Shown one piece after another: positions 36,882 to 45,979 of a stretch of 64,000 nucleotides of DNA (positions are counted from its first letter, which is position 1; each line of letters opens with the position of its first letter). Source of the DNA: an uncultured Candidatus Saccharibacteria bacterium. Lineage in GTDB: Bacteria > Patescibacteriota > Saccharimonadia > Saccharimonadales > JAGQNJ01. Location: the NCBI GenBank assembly GCA_964491925.1, contig CAZBGZ010000001.1:192701-256700 (forward strand), given 5' to 3'. The translations under genes were made by a program, and so were the position numbers. Below the pieces are notes generated by a model. It made no database searches. It saw only the letters and a list, made by a program, of their open reading frames with translations, and had not been told where the DNA came from.

Positions 36882-37880
36882 CTACTGTTTTTTTCGAATC
36901 AATACGGTGCTCGTAATTGTTGTAGCCAGGCCTGCGATGGTAGACCATATACCGATGGTTTTTAGGATGCTAGCATTATCGGCTATTAGTATCTTAGCGA
37001 CCTCTTGCAGGGCATTTACTGGGGCCTCAGTGCTAGATATCGTCGTCGTTGGCACCAACGAACTTAGCACGAATTGTAGAATCAACCCTGACACCAGCAA
37101 AAACAGGCCGTTTGTCAGAAGTAAAATACCCAATTTTCTACTGCCATATAGCAAGGCGCTACTCAGTAAAAGTGTCCCGGCAGCCGCGATAATTGTCCCA
37201 ATCACAAAAAATGGGAAACCTTTTTTGAAAAACTGATAAGACTTGGCAATAATTGGTGCTGGCGGATCTGTCGGCAGGCTTATCCCTGCATCCTTTGCAT
37301 CTTTAGCATCTACGCTACCATCTGCGACTGATTTGTCAGAGAAAATATCGGCGTTGTTCACTATGCGCGAAACTGCATCAGAAATTACCTGATTAACATC
37401 TGTGCCGGCCGGTATACATGTTGCAGAAAATATATCGTTAGACGCTGATTGCCCATAGTACGCGCAGGCCGGTAGCTTGTTCGCCCGTGCCTTCAGTTTA
37501 GATGTCAGCGACTTTTCGAATGATACACGGATTTGAGTTAGGCTCAGCGTATAATCTGGCCTTGCTACTCCCCCGTCCAGCCAAGCGAAGGTACTAGAAA
37601 TGGCCGGATCTAGTACTTTTTCTATGGTTTTTGGGCCTGCAGCGGTTTGCAGGGCTGATTTAATTAATGGGTCGGGATCGTCAGCGCCCACCGCACTGTC
37701 AACCAAAGCTTGGCTAGCAGCATCGTATAACTTAGCCTGTTTGATAGTCTTTTTGACGTAGTTTTCGTTCCCAACAGTTTTATTGAACGAATAAGCACTA
37801 ACAGAGAGTAAAAATAATGGCCCAAACAGCCCAACTGATACAATTAGCCCAAATTTTTTAAACCCATTCATTGCAACCAT
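36882..37880 (-). CDS. hypothetical polytopic membrane protein
   Basis: 332 aa with an N-terminal TM, a roughly 200-aa ectodomain and several C-terminal TM helices. Confidence 0.45.
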   Translation of the reverse strand: MVAMNGFKKFGLIVSVGLFGPLFLLSVSAYSFNKTVGNENYVKKTIKQAKLYDAASQALVDSAVGADDPDPLIKSALQTAAGPKTIEKVLDPAISSTFAWLDGGVARPDYTLSLTQIRVSFEKSLTSKLKARANKLPACAYYGQSASNDIFSATCIPAGTDVNQVISDAVSRIVNNADIFSDKSVADGSVDAKDAKDAGISLPTDPPAPIIAKSYQFFKKGFPFFVIGTIIAAAGTLLLSSALLYGSRKLGILLLTNGLFLLVSGLILQFVLSSLVPTTTISSTEAPVNALQEVAKILIADNASILKTIGIWSTIAGLATTITSTVLIRKKQ

Positions 37881-37959
37881 TGTAACGCAGTTTAGCTAAA
37901 TCTTTTTTTAAGAAACTATGCAATAGTGAGGGTCCTGCTTATAAAAAAAGTGCTAGAAT

Positions 37960-38148
37960 ATGGGTATGTCTAATTTTCTTATAGCTTTCCTATTCAGTAT
38001 CGGCGCTGCGACGTGGATATACAACAAAACCTACTCACGTACCGGCGGTAATACAAAGAGTGCAATCATTGTCGCGGCAGCAGCCGGCGGCACTCTATTT
38101 TTGGCCATGTTACTTTTGCTTGAGTTTATTGGTAATCTGATAGGCTAG
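37960..38148 (+). CDS. small hypothetical membrane protein
   Basis: 62 aa with two TM helices. Confidence 0.3.
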   Translation: MGMSNFLIAFLFSIGAATWIYNKTYSRTGGNTKSAIIVAAAAGGTLFLAMLLLLEFIGNLIG

Positions 38149-38197
38149 CCATTTAATACTACCCAACAACCATTTTTTCTAGTATCATAAGGCGTAT

Positions 38198-39055
38198 ATG
38201 GAAGCGCAGGTGGGGCAAGAGGTTGCCTTAGGTAAAAGATTACAGTTAGCTCGTCAAAAGGCAGGATTAACCCAGCAACAGTTATGTGCGCAGGCTGATT
38301 TATCATATTCTACGTTAGCAAAAATCGAGCGTGGCGCGATAAAATCTCCTTCAATTTTTACAGTAGAGAGTGTTGCGGACGTTATTGGCGTAACTCTCGA
38401 TGAATTAATGGGTAGAACAAGCAATTTTGCAAAAGCTAGCAATAAAAAAATCTCTAAAAGCGGTATAAGGTTTGTATATTTTGATATTAATGGTTGCCTA
38501 GTACGGTTTTTTCATCGAGCTTTTTCGGAGCTATCAGAGAAAACCGGCGTGCCGCTAAACAAAGTAGAGTCAGCTTTTTGGCACTTTAACGATGTCATTT
38601 GCAGGGGTGAGATTACTCTAGACGAGTTCAACAAAAAGTTTGCTAAACAAATGGGGATTTCGGAAATAGATTGGGCACCGTACTATCTAGGCGCCGTCGA
38701 GCCCATAAAGGACATGCACGAGCTAATAAAGTGGGCCTCCCAGTACTATAAAATCGGTTTAATGAGCAATATTATGCCAGGCATGATAAAAGCCATGTTA
38801 GATAAAAAACTACTTCCAGATGTCGAGTACGATGTGATTATCGATTCTTCAAAAGAACACTTGATAAAGCCCGAGGCCAAGATTTACGATCTGGGGGAAG
38901 AACGGGCGGCCGTACCAGCAGGCGAGATACTGCTAGTAGATGACACCAGAGCCAATATAATGGCCGCAGAGCGCAAAGGTTGGAGTGTCCTGTGGTTTGA
39001 CGACTACAAACCGTCCGACAGTGCTAAACGGATCAAACAAGTCTTAGAATTCTAA
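38198..39055 (+). CDS. XRE-family HTH domain fused to a HAD-like hydrolase domain
   Basis: LGKRLQLARQKAGLTQQQLCAQADLSYSTLAKIERG (HTH_3). Then VYFDINGCLV (HAD motif I variant) and LLVDDTRANIMAAERKGW (HAD motif III/IV). Confidence 0.7.
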   Translation: MEAQVGQEVALGKRLQLARQKAGLTQQQLCAQADLSYSTLAKIERGAIKSPSIFTVESVADVIGVTLDELMGRTSNFAKASNKKISKSGIRFVYFDINGCLVRFFHRAFSELSEKTGVPLNKVESAFWHFNDVICRGEITLDEFNKKFAKQMGISEIDWAPYYLGAVEPIKDMHELIKWASQYYKIGLMSNIMPGMIKAMLDKKLLPDVEYDVIIDSSKEHLIKPEAKIYDLGEERAAVPAGEILLVDDTRANIMAAERKGWSVLWFDDYKPSDSAKRIKQVLEF

Positions 39056-39067
39056 TAACTCTTGCGG

Positions 39068-41632
39068 CTAATTATTGAAGCGTTTGATATCAGATTCAGT
39101 TGTTTCGAGCTGTGACTGCTTTTGAGCAAGTTGATCCTTTGTTTCATTGACGAGTTTTTCAGGAGCATTTTCTACATAGGATTTGTTTGAGAGGCGCTTT
39201 TCCAGGTTGCCAACTTCCCTTTTTAACCCTTCGGCTTTCTCTGTGAGGGTGCTCACCATATCGTTGATACTGGTCTGGTCCATATCTAGCCAAATGCTTA
39301 GTTCTCCTTGCTCAATTTTCAGCCCTTTAGGAACTTTAGCCTCAACCTGTGTGGTTATTCTCGCCAAGCGATCTATCAATTCTATATGAAAAGCCAGTGG
39401 GTTATTGGCATTAGTGATAGCCGATTTAACAGGCTTTTTCAGAGTGGTATTTATCCGCCGAATTTCTGTAACAATTTCTTGGATCTGCTGAAATGTTTTT
39501 GCTTCGTTTTTATTGCCGCCAGTGACTTTTGGCCAGCTAGCAACTGCCAAAATTGAATCATCTTCCCAGGCTAATGTTTGCCAGATTGTTTCCGTCAAGA
39601 ACGGTGCATACGGGTGGGCTAGTTTCAAGATTGTTTCTAGAACGTAGGCTAGAAACGGCTTATTCGGGTTCGATTTAGAAGCCTCTAGGTACCAATCAGC
39701 CAGGTCGTCCCACACTAGGTGGTAAAGATTGTCGTAGCCTTCGGCGAATCTATAATTGGCCAAATCATCAGTAATCTTCTCCGTTGTTTGTTGTAATTTA
39801 CTCAACATCCATTCATCGGCTATCGAGTCGGGTTGTGCGTCAATTCGTTGTTTGGCATTATCACCTACAATACCTTCGATAAAACGAGCTATGTTCCAGA
39901 GTTTGTTACAAAAGTTTCGGGCGCCTTCGATTTTACTGGCGTCGTAACTGCGGTTTATGGCTGGCGCCCTGCCCGCAATTAGCCCCATTCTTAGCGCATC
40001 AGACCCATGCTCGGCAATTAACGGCAATGGGTCGATGACGTTGCCTAAAGATTTGCTCATTTTTGTGCCGTCTTCAGCCATCACGTAGCCGTGGATATAG
40101 ACGGCTTTGAAGGGAACCTGGCCAGTAATGTACAGCCCCAGCATCAACATGCGTGATACCCATGGATATAGTATTTCGCCGCCAGTTTCCAGCACGCTTA
40201 GTGGGTAGTATTTTTTATAATCTTCTCCGTCAGGAAAATCTAGGGTGGCGTATGGCCAGCTACTACTAGAAAACCAAGTATCAAAAACATCAGGGTCACG
40301 CGAGTACGTCTTCCCTGCTACCTCTATTGTTTCTGCCCCCACTTGGTCATCGAAAATCCATTCACCTGGGTTATCTACGCTCTGAAAGGCAGGGATAGGT
40401 ATGCCCCAGGCAATTTGACGTGAAATGTTCCAATCTTTCAAGCCTTTCAAGTACGAGATTAGTTGTACTCGTTTGCTGTCCGGGTAGAAAGTGACTTGCT
40501 TGTCTTCCAGGGCCTTTATAGCCTTTTTTGCCAGCGGCTGCATGTCTACAAACCATTGTTCGCGCAACAATGGTTGGATAACGGTACCGCATTTATAACA
40601 GTGGCCAACGCTATGTTCATAAGCTTCGACTTTGACCAAAAAACCTTTTTCTTCCAACTCTTTAACAGTCGTTTCCCTGGCTTCTTCAACTGACATATTA
40701 TGCATATTTTCGGGAGCAATGTGGTTCATCTTGCCCTCAAAATCCACCACAGTTATCATCGGTAGGTCGTGACGCTGCGCAACATCATAATCATTCTGGT
40801 CGTGTGCTGGGGTAATCTTTACTGCGCCTGTGCCAAACTCTGTTTCTACCATTGTGTCGGCCAAAATTGGTATTTCCCTATTTGTCAGAGGTAGTTTTAT
40901 AGTTTTCCCGATAAATTTTTTATATCTTTTATCCTCTGGGTGCACCGCGACTGCCGTATCACCAAACATAGTCTCTGGTCTAGTAGTCGCTACTACGACT
41001 TCCCCACTGCCATCCGTTAGCGGGTAGCGTATATGCCACAAGTGGCTTTTTTCGTTCTTGAATGTGACCTCGATATCGGCAAAACCCGTCCCGTGAAACG
41101 TACAAAAGTTGACCAGTCTTTCACCCCTGTAAATCAGCCCTTCGTCCCACATTTTTTTAAAGGTGCTGTAAGCCCGAGTGACAATTTTTTTGTCCAGAGT
41201 ATATACATACCGGCTCCAGTCAGGACTGGCGCCTAGTTTACGAAACTGTGTTTCATAATTAGTTTTGTTGCGTGCAACAAAATCCCAAACTAGCTTGTAT
41301 AAATCTTCTCTAGAGAAGTCAAAACGGCTCTTCCCTTCTTTGGCTAGATGTTTTTCGTATACCGCCTGCGTTTCAAATCCGGCATGGTCAGCCCCAGGGA
41401 CGAACAGAGTCGACTTCCCCAGCATTCGATTGTAGCGAACGGCTATGTCTTCTAGATCTAGGGTTATCGCCGTCCCTAGGTGAATGTTGGCGTTAGCATT
41501 TGGTGGTGGCATAACCATGCTAAAAACATCATCATTACCCCTGTTTTTCGGCACAAACGCCCCACTCTTTTCCCAAAGCTCGTAGATATCAGACTCAAAC
41601 TTGTTTGGCTCGTAAATTTTTCCTAATTTCAC
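39068..41632 (-). CDS. valS: valyl-tRNA synthetase
   Basis: MPPPNANANIHLGTA (HIGH region), KMSKSLGN, and a C-terminal coiled coil. GTG start. Confidence 0.95.
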   Translation of the reverse strand: MKLGKIYEPNKFESDIYELWEKSGAFVPKNRGNDDVFSMVMPPPNANANIHLGTAITLDLEDIAVRYNRMLGKSTLFVPGADHAGFETQAVYEKHLAKEGKSRFDFSREDLYKLVWDFVARNKTNYETQFRKLGASPDWSRYVYTLDKKIVTRAYSTFKKMWDEGLIYRGERLVNFCTFHGTGFADIEVTFKNEKSHLWHIRYPLTDGSGEVVVATTRPETMFGDTAVAVHPEDKRYKKFIGKTIKLPLTNREIPILADTMVETEFGTGAVKITPAHDQNDYDVAQRHDLPMITVVDFEGKMNHIAPENMHNMSVEEARETTVKELEEKGFLVKVEAYEHSVGHCYKCGTVIQPLLREQWFVDMQPLAKKAIKALEDKQVTFYPDSKRVQLISYLKGLKDWNISRQIAWGIPIPAFQSVDNPGEWIFDDQVGAETIEVAGKTYSRDPDVFDTWFSSSSWPYATLDFPDGEDYKKYYPLSVLETGGEILYPWVSRMLMLGLYITGQVPFKAVYIHGYVMAEDGTKMSKSLGNVIDPLPLIAEHGSDALRMGLIAGRAPAINRSYDASKIEGARNFCNKLWNIARFIEGIVGDNAKQRIDAQPDSIADEWMLSKLQQTTEKITDDLANYRFAEGYDNLYHLVWDDLADWYLEASKSNPNKPFLAYVLETILKLAHPYAPFLTETIWQTLAWEDDSILAVASWPKVTGGNKNEAKTFQQIQEIVTEIRRINTTLKKPVKSAITNANNPLAFHIELIDRLARITTQVEAKVPKGLKIEQGELSIWLDMDQTSINDMVSTLTEKAEGLKREVGNLEKRLSNKSYVENAPEKLVNETKDQLAQKQSQLETTESDIKRFNN

Positions 41633-41858
41633 TTTTGGCTTCTCTCTTTCGGTGTAGTTCTCCCTACACTCTACCGTAACCTCTTAAAAATAAAAAGACC
41701 ACCTCATAAAAGTGGTTTCACGTGAAATTTGAGAACTAAACTCAAAAGGCTTACACACAAAGTCTCTAAAACAAAATGCCCACAACCAATATTCTGTTTT
41801 CAAGAACAATCCTCATGGTCTTGAGGAACTTACCCATACACTTTTTGTTTCCATGAGC

Positions 41859-41887
41859 ATTATACCAACCAGACAACAGAGCTACAA
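41859..41887 (-). promoter_or_regulatory. candidate sigma-70 promoter for valS
   Basis: Minus strand reads TTGTAG, 17 nt, then TGgTATAAT (extended -10), about 225 nt upstream of the valS start. Confidence 0.45.
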
Positions 41888-41924
41888 CATTGACAAATAA
41901 ACACTAGCAGTATATTGCTAGTCG

Positions 41925-42986
41925 CTACATACTGAGGTTTGGCTGGATGTCTAACGAAAAAGGGTCAGCGGTAGGCTGATTCAATTTCATCTTGAAACAG
42001 CCGAGGGTGGCGATCATGGCGCCATTGTCTGTGCATAATTTTATGTCAGGATACTGGATGGGCAAGGGAAGCCGTTCGCTCAGTTGGCGACGCAACTCAC
42101 CGCTGGCCGCTACGCCACCGGCAATGACCACGCTATTAGGAGAAAACTCTTTAAAAGCCTTTTCTGCCTTATCGACCACTGTTTCTATTGCTAATCGTTG
42201 GAAGCTGGCTGCAAAGTCGGCTCTTTGCCCGCTAGAGAGCCTGTCAGGAACGTTTTTGCTGATGAATGTGTGATCTTCACCTATTTCTCTCTGAGCGGCC
42301 CGTAGAACCGCTGTCTTTAGCCCAGAAAAGCTAAAATCATATGGGCTATCCAATTTTGCCTTCGGAAATTTGTATTTATCCGGGTCGCCGTCAACGGCCG
42401 CCTTCGCCACGCTAGGGCCACCAGGGTAAGGGAGTCCAATGATTTTTGCTACCTTGTCGAATGCTTCGCCTATTGCGTCATCACCGGTTCGTCCAAGCAG
42501 AGTGTAATTGAAGTGGTTTTTGAATAATACTAATTGCGTATGGCCACCAGAAACAATAAGAGCTAACAGAGGAAATTTTGGGATTTTGTCCGGCATAGTA
42601 TACCCAGGTAGGGAAGTAGCTGTTAAGAAATTAGCATAAACGTGTCCCTCAACATGGTTGCAGGCGTATAAGGGTTTTTTATGAATAATTGCATTCGTCC
42701 TTGCAGCCAAAACACCAACCAGCAAGCAGCCACCCAGCCCAGCGCCGTAGGTAACAGATATGCCGTCAATATCATCCCAGTTGCAGTTAGCCTCAGTGAG
42801 AGCCTCGTTTATGACTGGGTTTATAGCCTCTATATGGGATCTGGCAGCAATCTCTGGCACAACACCGCCGAATTTGGCGTGCAAATCCATGCTACTGGTC
42901 ACGACATTCGATAGCAGCGTATGCCCGTCTTCTACTACAGCAGCGGCCGTTTCATCACAACTAGTCTCAATCCCCAGTATTTTCAT
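41925..42986 (-). CDS. tsaD: tRNA N6-adenosine threonylcarbamoyltransferase TsaD
   Basis: MKILGIETSCDETAAAVV and the GVAAN-like region. I trimmed the start to ATG 42986, which is preceded by AAGGA. Confidence 0.9.
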   Translation of the reverse strand: MKILGIETSCDETAAAVVEDGHTLLSNVVTSSMDLHAKFGGVVPEIAARSHIEAINPVINEALTEANCNWDDIDGISVTYGAGLGGCLLVGVLAARTNAIIHKKPLYACNHVEGHVYANFLTATSLPGYTMPDKIPKFPLLALIVSGGHTQLVLFKNHFNYTLLGRTGDDAIGEAFDKVAKIIGLPYPGGPSVAKAAVDGDPDKYKFPKAKLDSPYDFSFSGLKTAVLRAAQREIGEDHTFISKNVPDRLSSGQRADFAASFQRLAIETVVDKAEKAFKEFSPNSVVIAGGVAASGELRRQLSERLPLPIQYPDIKLCTDNGAMIATLGCFKMKLNQPTADPFSLDIQPNLSM

Positions 42987-43057
42987 TCCTTGCAGTATAC
43001 CAATTCGCAATTTACTCCACCATCACTCGCTCATCAATTACCAAAATTACCCCCTTT

Positions 43058-43072
43058 TGTGCCCGGTCGGAC
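43058..43072. repeat. 15-bp direct repeat copy A (TGTGCCCGGTCGGAC), adjacent to 11-bp inverted-repeat arm at 43044-43054
   Basis: Exact match to 43589-43603. AAATTACCCCC at 43044-43054 is the reverse complement of 43610-43620. Confidence 0.8.
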
Positions 43073-43090
43073 TAGAATATAGGTAATTAG

Positions 43091-43570
43091 TTAACTGATT
43101 TTGGCACACTCGAACATCTGAATAAACTCTTGAATTTCTAGCTCGGACAAAGCGGCTTTGATTGTTTCTCTATGATCATAGCGGGAGGTCCAGACACTTT
43201 TTTGTGTTTGCTGAAAGTCCAATCTTTGCAGTAATGACCGAAATCGTCGGCGCTTGTGCGATAGTTCCTCGGGAATATCAAAGATAACCATCAAGTGGAC
43301 ATCTTTTCCAAGGATTTTTGCAGTTAGAGGTTGAACGAATTCTTTTCCGGCTTTTGTTAACAGCGGAATACCTTTGGTGCGCTTTACCAACCCAGTTTTT
43401 TGCGCCCTAGCCATAGCTCGGTACATTGTTTTGCGGTTGGCTTTACTAATCTGTTCTAGCTCATTGAAAAAATTGTGTGGCTTGAACGCTAGCTGCAGGT
43501 TGGGTTTAGAGTAGGGAACAAGCGCAAGTAGTAAATATTCTAGTACTGTGTATTCTTTGATCCTCGACAT
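43091..43570 (-). CDS. PaaX-like regulator (winged-helix N-domain plus Cas2/VapD-fold-like C-domain)
   Basis: The C-terminal pattern HLMVIFDIPEELSHKRRRFRSLLQRLDFQQTQKSVWTS resembles the PaaX C-domain / Cas2-like ferredoxin fold. The N-terminal part resembles a winged helix-turn-helix. Confidence 0.55.
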   Translation of the reverse strand: MSRIKEYTVLEYLLLALVPYSKPNLQLAFKPHNFFNELEQISKANRKTMYRAMARAQKTGLVKRTKGIPLLTKAGKEFVQPLTAKILGKDVHLMVIFDIPEELSHKRRRFRSLLQRLDFQQTQKSVWTSRYDHRETIKAALSELEIQEFIQMFECAKIS

Positions 43571-43588
43571 AGGACTAGTATACCAGAA

Positions 43589-43603
43589 TGTGCCCGGTCG
43601 GAC
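43589..43603. repeat. 15-bp direct repeat copy B, adjacent to 11-bp inverted-repeat arm at 43610-43620
   Basis: TGTGCCCGGTCGGAC followed 6 nt later by GGGGGTAATTT. Confidence 0.8.
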
Positions 43604-43673
43604 GCGAATGGGGGTAATTTGGGAATTGAATTATTGGTGGGAAAATTAGCGAATAATTAGGTATCATGGAGGT

Positions 43674-45029
43674 ATGAGTTTTCGAGGGGTTGTAAAGAAA
43701 TTTATTCCAAAACAGACGTTCAAAAAAATTGAACCGTTAGGGCATTTGGGTGAAGCTATTTTGCTACAAACATTGGCAGGGCGACCCGCAAAAGACCTAA
43801 AAGTTATAGGGGTGACGGGCACTAATGGCAAGACATCCACGGCATTTATGATTCATAGAATGTTAGTAGAAGCCGGCTATAAGACCGGATTAATGACAAC
43901 GGTGGCGTACGGCGTGGGGAATGAAATAAAACCTCAGGTTGCCCACATGACTAGTGTATCTGTCCCGCAATTGATTAGCCGGATAAAAACTATGAAAGCC
44001 CAGGGAATGGAGTGGCTAGTATTAGAGGTCACCAGTCATGCCTTGGCCCAGCACCGTGTCTGGGGTGTGCCATTTAGCGTTGCAGTTATGACCAACGTGA
44101 CGCACGAGCATTTGGATTATCACGGTACGTTTGAAAACTATCGTGATGCGAAACGAAAGCTATTTCAGCTGACAAATAGCAACAAAAAGGGGCTGCGAAC
44201 AGGGATAATCAATGCCGAGGATAACAGCGCAGGACTATTTAGTGCAGATATCAAAACACCTGTCACATACGGCATTAAAGAAGGCGATATCAGAGCAAAG
44301 CATGTTCAGTTAAAGCCGTCGGGCAGCCGATACGCGGCAATCATAGGAAGCGAAGAATATTGGATTAGCTGTAAATTGCCAGGCACATTCAACGTGTTTA
44401 ACTCTATGGCGGCAGTTGGTGTGGGTAGAGCTCTGGGGCTGAGCAAGCAACAGATCGAGGACGGCATCGCAGCATTGGAAGGCGTAGAGGGGCGAATGAC
44501 GCGTATTGACGAAGGGCAGCCATTTGATGTGATTGTTGACTATGCTCATACTCCAGATAGTTTTGAAAAGCTTTTCAGGGACTTGAAACCAGTCGTAAAA
44601 GGCAAGCTAATAGTTATGTTCGGCTCTGCTGGGCGGCGTGACGAAGAAAAGCGAACAACCATGGGCCAACTGGCTGGAAAGTACGCCGATTTAGTTGTGC
44701 TAACAGAGGAAGATGACCGCGATATCGATGGCATGGAAATTATGGGTACCATAGCAAAGGCTGCAGAAAAAGAAGGCAAAACACGCGAAAAAGACCTATT
44801 TCTGGTGCATAACCGCGAACAAGCCATACATAAGACTTTAAAAATGGCCAAAAAGGGCGACACGGTATTATTGCTCGGCAAGGGGCACGAGAAAGATATT
44901 TTACGAAACGGTCCAAAAGCTGCTGAACTTCGCCATCTGCAACAGGACGACCACAACCGTGAGCGGGTAGTAGAGTATCCTTGGGACGAAATTAAAACCA
45001 CACGCAAAATTCTCAAAACCCTTAATTAA
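43674..45029 (+). CDS. murE: Mur ligase family protein, MurE-like (short N-domain)
   Basis: VIGVTGTNGKTST (P-loop), NVTHEHLDYHG, DYAHTPDSFEKL and GKGHE. Confidence 0.75.
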   Translation: MSFRGVVKKFIPKQTFKKIEPLGHLGEAILLQTLAGRPAKDLKVIGVTGTNGKTSTAFMIHRMLVEAGYKTGLMTTVAYGVGNEIKPQVAHMTSVSVPQLISRIKTMKAQGMEWLVLEVTSHALAQHRVWGVPFSVAVMTNVTHEHLDYHGTFENYRDAKRKLFQLTNSNKKGLRTGIINAEDNSAGLFSADIKTPVTYGIKEGDIRAKHVQLKPSGSRYAAIIGSEEYWISCKLPGTFNVFNSMAAVGVGRALGLSKQQIEDGIAALEGVEGRMTRIDEGQPFDVIVDYAHTPDSFEKLFRDLKPVVKGKLIVMFGSAGRRDEEKRTTMGQLAGKYADLVVLTEEDDRDIDGMEIMGTIAKAAEKEGKTREKDLFLVHNREQAIHKTLKMAKKGDTVLLLGKGHEKDILRNGPKAAELRHLQQDDHNRERVVEYPWDEIKTTRKILKTLN

Positions 45030-45885
45030 GGGTCAGAGTGGTGCAGCGGATGTAGCCTCCGCCTTTGAATAGTTCTGTGGCGGGTATGGTTAATGTTTTA
45101 AAGCCGGCGTCTTCTACGGCCTTTTTTAGCTTTGGTGCGTAGTGGCTCATGACCACCGATTCACCGTTTGATACAAGGTTGCAGGCGAAGCCTTTAACGG
45201 CTTCTTCGTATGAAACTTCAATCTTCTCAATATCTGTTATTTTATCTATCTTTGCCTGGCTCTCTGGGGTGAAGGCATCTCGGCACCAGGCGATTAGGTT
45301 AGGCGACAATACAGCAATAGCAAGGTCAATGTCGTAGAAAAAACTATCTGGCCAGCCGGTTACCTTGTTGGTAACGGGCTTTTTCTTCTTGTCCAGGGTT
45401 GGTATGGCTTGTAGGCTAATAACGTTATAATCGAGGTTCTTCGCTAAAAAGTAATGGACTTCTTTGTCGGTTCGGTAATTTGTCCCAGCAAACAAGTAGT
45501 CGCCACAAGGCAAAGCATCGCCCTGGCCACTAAATTTCAGGCCTTTTGGCAGAAAAACTAGTCGTTTCCCTAGGTTGCTCAATACATGGGCGGCGTAGTC
45601 TTCCTCGTCAGTGCGTTTGTTGGGCAATGAAGCCATAATGGCGGTGTCGCCCTTACATAGTGCCCAATTGGCAGTGTATACGCCGTCTTGGCAACCCCTG
45701 GGCGGTAAAACCTGGATTACTTCTGTGCCAATGTTTTGCATGGCATGTTTTATCGAGTCGTGTTCTTGTTTTGCTTTGACCAGGTCTACCGGATTTGACG
45801 AATCCATTAGAGCGTTTATCGCGAAACCATCGTTGAAATAGTCGGCACCAGACATCAGCACTTTTGTGTTTATTAGCATAAACAA
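45022..45885 (-). CDS. pentein-superfamily guanidino-modifying enzyme (amidinotransferase/DDAH-like)
   Basis: C-terminal GGGYIRCTTLTL with the catalytic-type Cys, and size and pattern typical of DDAH/amidinotransferase-family proteins. Confidence 0.6.
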   Translation of the reverse strand: MFMLINTKVLMSGADYFNDGFAINALMDSSNPVDLVKAKQEHDSIKHAMQNIGTEVIQVLPPRGCQDGVYTANWALCKGDTAIMASLPNKRTDEEDYAAHVLSNLGKRLVFLPKGLKFSGQGDALPCGDYLFAGTNYRTDKEVHYFLAKNLDYNVISLQAIPTLDKKKKPVTNKVTGWPDSFFYDIDLAIAVLSPNLIAWCRDAFTPESQAKIDKITDIEKIEVSYEEAVKGFACNLVSNGESVVMSHYAPKLKKAVEDAGFKTLTIPATELFKGGGYIRCTTLTLN

Positions 45886-45907
45886 TATTGTATCAAACCA
45901 TTACCAA

Positions 45908-45950
45908 TTAGCACTCTAGGCTTGCAAGTGCCAATTTACTTTTGTAGAAT
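45908..45950 (+). promoter_or_regulatory. CIRCE-like inverted repeat overlapping the groES promoter
   Basis: TTAGCACTC-N9-AAGTGCCAA (45908-45934) against the consensus TTAGCACTC-N9-GAGTGCTAA. TTGCAA (45922-45927), 17 nt, then TAGAAT (45945-45950). RBS AAAGGAGG. Confidence 0.6.
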
Positions 45951-45979
45951 GTTAGTACGATAATTAAAGGAGGTTACAA

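Noticed and set aside
41686-41716. Calling the valS leader a canonical T-box riboswitch
   Set aside because: The conserved T-box sequence (AAnnnGGGUGGUACCGCG) is not present as such. The GGUGG lies in the 3' arm of a weak 5-bp hairpin. It is kept only as a low-confidence attenuator hypothesis.
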